DNA of 63,370 nt, the filler included, from Choristocarpus tenellus KU-1152 (taxonomy: Eukaryota > Protista > Phaeophyceae), in NCBI GenBank assembly GCA_964200185.2. It is 7 parts of 7 records of this genome, joined end to end, with 100 filler letters (N's around TTAATTAATTAA, not from the genome) between each part and the next. Parts side by side here need not be neighbours in the genome. Positions count along the whole stretch, not along the records: positions 27,997 to 39,946 come from CAXNAD020002053.1; positions 40,047 to 51,576 come from CAXNAD020002277.1; 5 more parts are not named here. The stretch is one strand, 5' to 3'. The position numbers and the translations under genes are program-made. Positions 38,611-49,607 of the stretch are shown one piece after another. Within the stretch, counting starts at the first letter, position 1, and each line of letters starts with the position of its first letter. Under the pieces are notes generated by a model. That model did not search any database, had not been told where the DNA came from, and saw only the letters and a program-made list of their open reading frames with translations.

Positions 38611-41600
38611 TTACTTTCCGCCTTGATGTTGAGGCGGAAATAATACCTCACCTGAGGATTGAAGGAACAACAGTAGTAGTAGTGTCGTTGTTGTGGTGGA
38701 ACTATACTAGAAGAGGAGGAGATAAGTGTGTTCATTCGTACTTAGTAATAACAAGAAAATGATGATGCGAACAAAGTCCACAATTTTCAGTGTTTTCGAT
38801 GTCTATATATACGTCCACATCCATATTGTAGGTATGATACGTTTCTTACTGAGTACGTGTATCTCTTTCATTTTCAACGAGATATGTACGATGAAAAATA
38901 ACAATAATTGGGTGCCGAGAGACACACACCTTCTACACCAAATACTCTGTCAGGATAGTAGAAGTAGTAGTCTCACATGAAAGATCAAGGGCGGACTAAT
39001 ATTGCATGGAGCAAGAACAAGAAGAGTGTAGGAATTACTCTGCCTGTTTTGCTTTGGTTTCACGGTCAACTACGTACTGCATAATATGTGGAGGACAACC
39101 TAGCATTTTGCCTCACCAATACCAAGCTAGCAACCACAAAGTAAAGAGTATGAGTGTTAAAATGGACAAGAAGGGAGAGAGCCTCTTGCATTTCCTTCAA
39201 ATCATACACACCTCTCTTTTCTTATCATTCTTCGAGGGGGATATTTTTTTGAGGGGGGCACACCTACATAAACAAACATAAATCATATACGTACAGATAG
39301 CAGTGGAATAGTGGGTCTGTTTGTCCAGGAAATGCCAACATACTCACGTACTTTCAAGAACAAAATACCAAGCACTCCAGAACCATTTAGGTCCCTACAA
39401 ATATCCAGTATAGACACATCTCCTGCAATCAACAGTACACATATTTTTTAGGCTGCCCAAAGCAACCAGAAAGAGAACAGCACCTGGAGTGCAAAATTCT
39501 ACAATGTAGTATAGTAACCATTCCAGGGTGTGAATCACATCAAAGTATGATTATCTCGTCACAAAAAAATGAAAGCACTGAACCTAGTGTTCAGTTGGAG
39601 GCAAGCACATGGCAATGTTGAAAAGCAAATCGCTGCCCTACTACAGAGAGGAAAACATGCTCTTACTCCTATCTAGCACTCAAGAAATTGTCTTTAATTG
39701 CCGCACAAAGCAGAAAGTTAAATGCTATCATCCTCATCTTCCTCTCCTCCCAAGCAACATACTCCCTCAGAGGCAGGGCGCCGGCAATCCCCTCTCATCA
39801 ATGTTATCATCCACATGCAAGATGGCTGTCCAATATTACTATTTCTACACGACTCAAGCATTCCTCACAAGTGTTACGTCTGGAAGCAAAAGTAAGTCCT
39901 CCCCCTCCCCCCCCGCCCTCCCTCTCTCCCTCCCTCGATCCACCTGNNNNNNNNNNNNNNNNNNNNNNNNNNNNNNNNNNNNNNNNNNNNTTAATTAATT
40001 AANNNNNNNNNNNNNNNNNNNNNNNNNNNNNNNNNNNNNNNNNNNNATGGCAGGGCAGCCTGGAGAGAGGGGCTATGAAAATGTAAAGACAACAAAAATC
40101 CTATCAACACAAAACCAACTTGCCCTCGCTTATACATTTTTTTTTTCTTTTTTCCCCTCTTGTTACAAACGTTATCTCCCTCTTTTTCCTCTTCCAAAAC
40201 GAGAGCCCGGGCTTCATACCTCGAGACATTACACGATCGTATGCATGGTAATCACATGCATGGCAGTCATGGGATTGTTTGAACATTTTCATTTGACACA
40301 AAAAAGAACGGAGAGAAGGGGAAGTACACAATTGATGTATGGGCGTGTCTCCGCGTCTCTGGTGTCATGCATTAATGGTATTCCCCCTTTTCCAACTCTA
40401 CACAACTTCACTCTGCCTCAGGTTGAGGTCACACGCGAAGTCACTTGCTTCCTAAAGCTTCACCCCACACTGCGACAGGGATAAAGAAATCTGGACGAAA
40501 CAAGCGCATGTTACATGCTAAAAAAAGCTCAGGAACACACTAGATCAGGTGGGGCTTGGAGTTCGATGAAGCTATTTGATGTGCAGAATTTCCACCCACT
40601 ACACAGTAACCTATAGAAATACATGGTAGTTCCACCACTAAACTCAACGCCTTGCGAACAGAAGAATATAATCTTCTATTTCTCTTATAGGGTATACCTA
40701 AACAATGTGATATGTTGGAAGTGGCACAGTGAGGACTGAAACTTAATCGAGTGAAGTGCTACCAAACCCTACCATCCCCGTTCTCCCGGCACGCTTTTAA
40801 TGGTAAGAGTGATTCACTCTCCCTCCAATTGTCATGTGGCCACACCTGCACAGCCAAATGCATCTGCTTCACGTCATGGCGTCTGACACGGCTCTCCCGT
40901 GGGGTTGCGACCTGCACGTACATCACATAAAAGGGAGGATAAAGATGTTGACGAATAGGCCTTCTATCCATGGCAAGATGGTAGCCATTGGGGAGTAGGT
41001 AACTTCAGGCGAAGGGAGGGAAGCCAAGGCCAAGGCCAAGGCCAAGACAACATGAGTTGGATAAACACATTTACATCACCCCCTTACGTTCAACAAAGTG
41101 AATGCGCTCCACATTTAGAAAACTGATACTCAAGGGTCCGCAATCTGCGTCGCACTAGTAATGCGCACTACCCCTTGAAGGAAGCAATCATTGGGGTACT
41201 TGTCTTTCTCCACCCAAGAACAAGTGAGTGTCGATGCTGGATCAATCCATTCCCATCCTTTCCAGTCTCTACGAAACACTCCCCCATCTCGTACGGGAAA
41301 GATAAATAGACCTTTTCCCATCGGAACTGGGAAAGGATGGAGCTTGCCCCCCACATAAGACAACTTAGCACCAAAAACCCGCGCTCCCATCTTCATCTTC
41401 CCCACCGCATCACACCCAAAGTCCGTCTGTATAGGGTTCAGGGTAGGACTCATAGAAATCTACCAAAGTGAAGCGATTGGGCTTATATGCGGCACTCAGA
41501 GGTCCCACAGAATGAGTGCTGCACTTGGCTACCCCACCCTTCCCCCCCCTCTTTCCAGCACCGCCAAATGCCAGGAGTTCCATTCACAGACTGGTGTACA

Positions 41601-41665
41601 ACTTCGACTCATTAACCACGCACCCCCTCCATCTCCTCCTTCGCCTCAGCGGCGAGCTCAGCCAT
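38611..41665 (-). CDS. Tentative unknown gene; candidate exons 41665-41624, 41426-41172, 40911-40773, 39422-39348, 38651-38611
   Basis: Chain of open exons with AG/GT borders and matching phases (0,0,1,1): MAELAAEAKEEMEG|TDFGCDAVGK...NDCFLQG|VATPRES...RENGD|GDVSILDICR...FLKV|REVLFPPQHQGGK*. No recognisable domain; the model spans an assembly gap and the last exon is doubtful. Confidence 0.3.
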
Positions 41666-41911
41666 GGTTCAGACCCACTCCTTCAGAAATCGTCTCCCGC
41701 TTGAGTCTCCACCTCTTTTCGAATGACTGCAACCTTCTTGTACCCTTGTGTGGACAATACTAACCATCCAGAGGATAGTGAATGTTGGGGTTAGGGATGA
41801 ATAATGAAAGGGTTAGGGATTGAATCGAACTGGACCATTTCCTTGTGATTTTGATTTAGAGGGGAGAAGGAAGAACAGTGTGGATAGCGAGTCGCTGAAC
41901 CTGGGTAAATC

Positions 41912-44546
41912 ATGGGTCTCTTTCGAGAACACTGCTGTGCAATCCTATACCTTACAGCAATCTTGTTGATTGGGGTGAACGCTGCGTTGTGGCGTGGAGG
42001 AATGTCGAAGGACGAGCCTGAGAAGGCGACAGGGACTGACCCGCACTCAAGGACGGTGTGTACAAACAATACCAGCACGCAACGCGACAGCTCTTCGACG
42101 GTGGTCACAGATTTGTAGCGGTGCTATATAGTAGATAAAAAATATGGAATGGATTGTGAGTAAGTCATAAGTCACGAATGTTAAAAATCGACTTGGTCAC
42201 CTGCAATGGGGTTGGGGTAAGCACTAGACCCTCTCACTCATCAAATCTGTATATTATTATTGCGTCCGACTCAACCGTACTGGACAGTGCAGCACCGGAA
42301 AAACGATTCGACTAACCAATTGCCATATTCCTTTTGCACATTTGACCTTTCCTGGACGAGAACAGCATGGTCGTGAAGGGGGGACGCGCCGTTTCCAAGA
42401 CCAGCCCCGAAGGAAAGCAGCGCGAAACTACGACAACGTAGACCCGACCTTTAAAGTGAGCTTCTATTTATAACGCATAGATAATAACTTCGCGTTGACT
42501 CAGGTTACAACAAAACAGCACGATGTCCTGAAAATGAGCACTTCAACCGTAACAAGTGTTTCGAGGCTATGTTGCTTAGGGTTCATTCTCTGCCCGTGCA
42601 ACATTCACTATGTACTTCCCACTCAAATGTTCGTTTCAAAGTAAACATTATTTCATGTTTCAAATACCTTCCTATAAACCTTCCCCATATTGCCCATTCA
42701 TTCTAGTTTTGCCATTCATCACTCGAACAAGGTAGGTAATGAGAGGAGAATGTAACTTTGATGAAGATACATTGCCAATTGGTCAGTTACAGAGAAACTG
42801 TTTCTAGTACCTAGGTAGTCAACCTCTACAGATCTCCTTCTTGTCAATCCTTTGGACTCCTGCCATCTCACGGACTGTCCACATTCCTTTTCCCCTATTA
42901 TCCCAAATCCATTATCCCGCATCCATTAACCCGCACCCGCGCTAGTCATCCTTTTCCCCTATCCTAGCCTATGCTGTAACCCATCGCTATCTTGCCTCTC
43001 CCCTCCCCCTCCAACCATTTTCACCTCCCCCTATGGATGTTGCTGAATTTCCCCAGGCCACACTTCAGGGTTCAATGTCATGGGGTGAGGCGCAGGTGGA
43101 GACGGAGGGTACACTGGCAGGGCACGTGCATGGAAGACTGGAGATTTTGATGAGAGGTACCAAGACAGAGGAGTGCAGGAAGGAGGTTTCAGAAGCGTTC
43201 AAGTGGTATGTGGGGGCACAAGTCCTGGTGAGAAATTATTTTCAATTAGAACGAGATTTTTCTTGCTGGTATGAAGCCACACGTACGATGTTATCATGTG
43301 TTCTTTTTTTTTGTCAAATGTATTTTGCAAGTGCATGTTGCAACAATAGCATTTGCAGTCTATGGAATAATAGTACCCACTCCCTGATGGCCAGTGAAAG
43401 AGATGAATAAACCTTTCCACTCTTTTCATAACCTTTTTTTTTCTTGGGGAGATGAAGTCCATGGATGCTACAGCAGTCAGGGGAGAAGATATCAATGCCC
43501 CATACACTTTTGTGGTGCTATTGTCGAAAGTTCTCATTTGCGTTGCAAGCGTTCATCTTGTGGTTTGTTCCTGAGGGCTCTTGCTGCATGCTCCAGTGTG
43601 ACACATAAATGTTCTTGTATTGTGCGGACCGCTTTGCTACAATGTGGAAACTGGTCAAGTATATGAGTACCCTGGGGGTTATTGGGCTGGAGGAGACTTT
43701 GCCCCAAGGCATCTTGGCATCGTGGGAGTGTAGGAGTGTGATAATAATAATAATTTATTGTCAGCTGCCTATTTTGATCACACACTATGTTTTGAGGTTA
43801 CTTTACCGTGTCAAGTGTTAAATGTTTCCGAAACGAGCAGGCAATGCTTCTGTGTATTTAACAGTGCTATGGAATGTTTTCGGTCAGTGCATCTCTTCGT
43901 AGAGCTAGATTGTCATTGGAAGTGCTTTACATTCCCCCCTGGGTGCTGTGACATGTTTGTTATTCTGGTTTTCACCTTGTAGGAGCGCCGGATGAAGTTG
44001 CCCCAAGAGGTTGTGCGTAGCTTCCTACAAGCTGGTATTATTTCTTGGTGCTTGATCTTCGTATTAGCGTGAACGGTTACAGACCCCTGGTCAAGGGTAT
44101 TTTTTGTTTGTTCACTAGTTGCAACTTTTGTTCCAAGCAACACTGCAGTATTAGTGCATGTCCAAGTTCACCTGGCTCAAGCGTGTGTAATCTTTGCATT
44201 TTGACCAGGTCCTGCAAAAACAGCGTGTTCCAAAAAGAGCCCAGCAATTTCAACCATGAAAAAAAACCCCCAGTGACGATGGACATTGCGGCGAAAAATA
44301 TTTATTATATGTGGCCTTTGATGGTATGCCCCCCACCAATCAAAATCGACCAAGTTGGTATGGGTAGTGGCTCCTTGCTGATCCTGCTCCTCTATATCAA
44401 ACATAGTGTCCATTGAATGAGCTAAAAACGATCGGGATAGCTCTTGTTTCTCGTCTCAGCCTGAATAGTTTATGTTGCCGTTTCATCAGTCTCCCTATTT
44501 TGTTTTGCCCCCTCTCAGCAGGGATTTGACGACCTCTCCTTTCCCG

Positions 44547-44578
<32 letters not shown>

Positions 44579-47500
44579 CCCCCGCTCCGTCTCGGTTGCT
44601 CGTTTCTTNNNNNNNNNNCCCCCTCTGTTGGTGTGTCGGGCCCCCCGCGCCCCCCCCCCCCCCCCCCCCCGGGAAATTTTGTGCGGTGTATTCCTTGATT
44701 TCTCGTTCTTAAATGTGTTCTAGGAACGCTCGCTCCCATTCGAGATTGATCGTTTTTTCTCACAATGTCGGGACCCGGACATGCCAACACCTCCGCCAGA
44801 GGGGAAAGGTTTAGAACCGGATGACATCCGTCTGGCCTATGTGCTGCTGGTGCATGAGAGCCCGCAGCAGGTCATTAGGTGTGTGACTGGGGGTATGGGG
44901 AGTGGTTGTTGTAGGTGAGGAGTTTGAATGGAGTTGGAGTACGAGGACGTGTAACTGGGGTTATGGGGTGTATTTGTTGTAGATGAGGAGTTTGAATGGA
45001 GTTGGAGTAAGAGGATGTATAATCCTCTCGTTCTGCCATGTGTGACTTGTCAGTTTAGTAGGTATTGTATCATGTCCATGGTGATCAGATGTGTGTGTGT
45101 CTGTTTTGTTTTTTTTCGGAACAGCTGTGTTGTGTTGTCCTCTATCTTTTTCTTTTTTTTTATAGTAGCCAAGAGATTGGCTCTCTGTCTTGATGCCTGT
45201 GTGGTCTTATTTTGGTGACGTGGTCATGTCCACTTACCTCTCAAAAAGTATTTTGAATACCTTGCTGATGGTGCAGGAGAGGGAGTCAACACACCACGCC
45301 TCACCAGGACTGAGACTGCAGTGTGCTGCAGTCCCCTCATCATCCAGAACGTGCCCTGGTGATGTGTCAACAAAGTCAGAATCAATATTGAGAGTAGTAC
45401 AGATTGCCCCCAAAACCCCAACAACCGTATCATCTGGAGTTTGTCTCCCTCGCCTCCCCTGCCCCTCCCCTGTGCCTCCCCTGCTGCTGCCTTGCATGCA
45501 GGCTTATCAATGCGTTGGATGAGACGGACCATGGTGGTACCTGGTTTGTGGTACATGTGGATGCCAAGGCAGAACTGATGCAACAGGAGGTACTGAGTGC
45601 AATGGAGGGACGACCTAATGTTATTGTCATGACGGAGAAGAGGTATACAGTGCTTGACAGTTTGAGGGTATTTGACACTTTACAGTTTAATGGTACATGG
45701 CACTTGACAGTTTAAGGGTGCATGGAACTTGACAGGTTAAGGGTACATGGCACTTGACACTTTAAGGGTACATGACACTTGACACTTTAAGGGTACTTGA
45801 CACTTGACGGTTTTGTGGACTTTTTTAACCTCTACAGGGGAAAGAGATGGTGATGGCAATAGCTTCTGGAGTGGGGCGTTGGTGAGGGATGATGTGACCT
45901 TGCGACTAGATAGTGCACTCAATAGTTTTACAAAACTGTTCACTTTGTCGAGACTTCAAACTGCTCACAAACAAAAAACAAGCTTGCACTCGTCAGATCA
46001 TCATCGTTTTCTCTGAGAGGAAACAATAGTAGAGTGTCAGGCAATCTGATTGGCAAAGGCGTTCTGGTTGAGACTCTAGAGAGCCTTCCTCCTCAAGATG
46101 CAGGGATAGGAAGAGAGGCGGTTACTGTGGGGTGGGGTTGGGGGGGGAGGGAGGAAAGTGCTGTCCCTTGTGCCATTGTGTGCTTTTGAGTTGGTGTCAT
46201 CTAGGACAGGGGTTGGGTGGGTGGGTGAAGGTTGGGGGGGGGGACTTGGCGGATTCTGTATTCTGTATCCAATGCACCCTGGGGAGTGGAAGAGTATCAA
46301 CCATACTCTAAAATCCCTACACCAGTGCTTATCTCGAAGTATGTAAGTGAACTATTATATATTAAAATTAGTATCAAATTGACTTGAAGTTGAACAAAGG
46401 ACTTGGCCTCCTGCTCTTACCCTTCTCATCAATATTCTTGTAGCAAGTCAGGCGAAGATTCCCACCCTATGTCCCCTGTACCCCTATCCACTGCATTACC
46501 CCCTGTTGTTTCGCCAGTTGAAACTCCGAGGGAATTTTTCGTATCAAATCCCTCCAGAGTTCATTTCTCCGGTGTTATCGGTGGTTTTCACCTGTATCCA
46601 ACCCCTTTTTCAAGAGGACCTGGATAGACAAGGAAATATCTAGCCCAACTGATTGAAAAATTAGCGAGGAAAGCTGCATCAACATGCAGTGAACCTGAAG
46701 GACCCTTGATGAGACTCGCGTAGTGTCATGTCCTGTCGTATATACAGGTACATGGCCGTCTAACTAACACCACAACCTTCTAATGCCCCTGCCCCGACCT
46801 CCACCCTACCTGCGGCCAGAGTAGATTGTCGGTGTCTTGGGGGGGTTTCAATGTTGTGCAGGCGACCCTGAATGCCATTGAGCTGGCGGTAGAGAGAGAG
46901 ATCCCATTTCATTGGCTGTGGATTCTCAGTGGAACCACCTATCCAATCGCATCCAACAGAGAGATACGTGCCAAACTCGCAGGGTTTCCCCCTGACTCGG
47001 TGAGATGGTGGGATGTACTGTAGGGGATGAGTGGGTTGTGGGTTGTGGGTAGTGGGTAGTGGGTAGTAGGTAGTGGGTAGTGGGTAGTGGGTAGTGGTAA
47101 ATCAAGGGTGGATGGCGAGGGGGTCGTGAGGGAAGTAATTGCCTGCTGTAGAGGTGTAAGAAGATGTAGAACGGCTCATGCTGTGTTGGCAATACTTGTT
47201 GTGTTGCCATCTCCTGTGGGGTTTTGATATATCTTGAGAAGGAGACTTTTTTATGGTAAGGAAGGATGATACCCATGGTAGGCGGTTCGAAAAGCATTTT
47301 TTTTTTCAGTATATTTTTGTATTTACGGTAAGCTGAAGAAGACAGTAGTATTAGTCGTAGTGTTAGTGGTAGTAATAGTAGTGTTAGTAGTAATAGTATT
47401 AGTAGGAATAGTGGTAGTAGTAGTGTTAGTTGTAGTGTTAGTTGTAGTAGAGAGGGTGGTATGTTTGAATACCAACAGAGGTTATCTTAGTCCAAAATTT

Positions 47501-48364
47501 CGGGCTTTTCATCAGGTTTGTGGGCCTGACTGGTACCAATGTTTTGGGACATGTCTGGACCAGGTCCACCAAGTATTGGAACGTATCTGGTCTGACCGGT
47601 TCTGCAGGCTTGACAGATTCCACCACTTTCTGACATGTTTGGGGTGTAGCCGGAGCTGACTGCGGACAGGCCTGTCGCCACATCAAGACATACGTGGTAC
47701 GATGTCGTCCCAGTCAGGACCCGATTAGCCTTATCTTTGACAGTGATAGAGAGTGCCAGAGGAGATATATGAAGAAACAAGTTTATTCCCACATGTATTT
47801 GGAATAAATTGGGACTATTTTGAGCTGTTGGATCAGACCCATCCTGACCGGGCCAGTCCAGCAAACGTGCTTTTTTTTTTTTCTGTTACGGTCAACTAGT
47901 TCAACACGAACAGTCCGCGGTCCAGTCCGGTACCAACATTTTTTTTTTTAAATAACAGGGTCGGTCCATGGCCGTCACCTGTTTCGAGAGACCTGTCTGG
48001 ACCGATGAATAGATATGGAAGAATAGGCACCTCCTGCATGTTGCACTGGGGCTGAATGAAACAGGTAGCAGCCTACTGCAGGTACTAATGGGATTAGAGG
48101 TGCTGTGCATACTCCTGATCAGCCTGCCTCCATTGAATCACTCCTCTGGAGTGCTGTCAGCGTTCAATCATTGCCCTGCTTAAAAACAAACCCAGGTGGA
48201 GTTTGAATCTGGCCTCCCTAACCTGATCCAGGTGTTTGCCTGCTTGGGCATATGTGTGTGTGTGTGTGTGTGTGTATGACCGTACGGTAGGGATGCTTTA
48301 TACCAGTCCACACGGCAGGAATCCCCTCTTCACTGATCCCAACACCGCTGCCATGACACACACA

Positions 48365-48426
<62 letters not shown>

Positions 48427-48652
48427 CCTTGCTCACAATTTCTGGCCTGCAACGCTCTCTCGAAATTGAACTCCTGCTGCCCTCGACGCCTTTTGCCCAC
48501 GGTTGTGATGTTTGGTGGGCATGTGTGCAGATTTTCATGGAGAGCAGGACTCCACCCCACCATCCAGCATCAACTGCCTGGCATTATTTTGTGGAGTGTG
48601 ATAATGCCCTTCACCGCATAGGTCGTAACGTGCTCCCGAGGGACCTGTCAAT
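41912..48652 (+). CDS. GT14 core-2/I-branching enzyme / xylosyltransferase-like glycosyltransferase, 3'-incomplete. Exons 41912-42055, 42366-42455, 43057-43227, 44724-44878, 45502-45642, 46825-46999, 48531-48652
   Basis: GT14 motifs IRLAYVLLVH..PQQVIRLINAL, FVVHVDAK, PNV...RLSVSWGGFNVVQATL, W.LSGTTYPIASN.EI and YFVECD. Exon 1 has an N-terminal signal anchor. All junctions are GT-AG and phase-compatible. The first three exons rest only on splice/phase logic. The exon carrying GSQW was not found before the gap at 51577. Confidence 0.85.
43300..44420 (-). mobile_element. Possible decayed hAT transposase in GT14 intron 3
   Basis: LVDFDWWGAYHQRPHIINIF...FF resembles hAT L..DGWS....PIINF...FF; downstream motifs are barely recognisable. 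Confidence 0.3.
44881..45018. repeat. Tandem duplication of ~68 bp just after a GT14 splice donor
   Basis: ACTGGGG.TATGGGG.GT..TTGTTGTAG.TGAGGAGTTTGAATGGAGTTGGAGTA.GAGGA.GT occurs twice. Confidence 0.85.
45655..45808. repeat. Minisatellite, ~25-bp unit CTTGACA(G/C)TTTAAGGGTACATGGCA x ~5-6
   Basis: Directly visible in the intron after GT14 exon 5. Confidence 0.9.
47030..47098 (+). repeat. (GTGGGTA)n heptamer repeat
   Basis: About 9 G-rich units directly visible. Confidence 0.9.
48253..48424. repeat. (TG)n followed by (CA)n microsatellites
   Basis: (TG)~12 at 48253-48276 and (CA)~34 at 48356-48424; further (TG)n at ~15875-15898 and 49011-49042. Confidence 0.95.
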
Positions 48653-49008
48653 GTGTGTGATGTATGCACTTTTATACTTTTATGCCTGCCTGCCTGTCTG
48701 CCTGTGCAGGTGCTGTTTTTCCTTCGATTTTGAAGTACCTATCCATGGTGAAGGAACCACCGCTACTCTGTATGCCCCAAATATCTATATATATCTATAT
48801 ATATTTGATAAAAGAAAAAAGAAAAATAGCATCCATGGGAGTGTAGTGGTGCTTTTGTGAAGGCAGTTCTACAACCGGGTTGGAATGACTGATTCGGTTC
48901 GTACCTTGATGTCTAGGACAAAGGATGTATTTTTTGGTTGTTGTTGTGCCTGTGGTCTGTTGAAGTGCCAATGTTGGACCGGTGGGGAGTGGAACTGTGG
49001 CGCAGTAT

Positions 49009-49044
<36 letters not shown>

Positions 49045-49309
49045 CCTACCTCCCTACAGTAATGTTCTCGTTGGTTTTACGAAAAAGAAACTTGAAGAGG
49101 AGTTCTTGAATCCCGTGTCAGTCGTGCAGTTCAAAAAGGTATGTGATGGAAGAGGACCTCAGGTACCTACGGCCTTGATGTTCACGCCTTTTTGGAAAAC
49201 TTTAGAGTTCAAAATGTACCTTGTTCAGAGCGCAGTATTATTAGCGTATGGTTTTGTTAGTGTGTTGGAATATTCCCCCTAGCCCTAGCGATTGTACGTC
49301 CTATTATAT

Positions 49310-49607
49310 TCTGATTGGTTGTTGATTTGTTGGGGTAGGAATCAACAGTAGTAGTGTACTGCGGAGGATATTTCTATACTTAAATCAAAGTAGTTTGCTG
49401 AATAGTAGACTCTGATTGGTTGTTGGTTTGTTGAAGTAGGAATCAAAAGTATTGCAGTACTGCGGAGGATATTTCTATACTTAAATCAAGTAGCTTGCTG
49501 AATAGTAGACTCTGATTGGTTTGTGGTTTGTTGGATTAGGAATCAACAGTAGTTTGATTCAAAAGCTGTAGGAGGGTATTTCTATATTTAATTGAAGTAG
49601 TTTGAAT
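49310..49607. repeat. Tandem repeat, ~100-bp unit x3
   Basis: CTGATTGGTT...TAGGAATCAA...GGAGGATATTTCTATACTTAAATCAA.GTAG repeats at 49311, 49412 and 49512. Confidence 0.9.

Noticed and set aside
47030-47098. Interstitial telomere
   Set aside because: The unit GTGGGTA does not match TTAGGG/TTTAGGG; treated as a microsatellite.
47360-47659. ORFs with poly-Val/Ile 'transmembrane' stretches (also 50336-50587) and VCVCVC/THTHTH ORFs at 48218-48563
   Set aside because: These are translations of (GTA/ATA)n and (TG/CA)n microsatellites inside introns.
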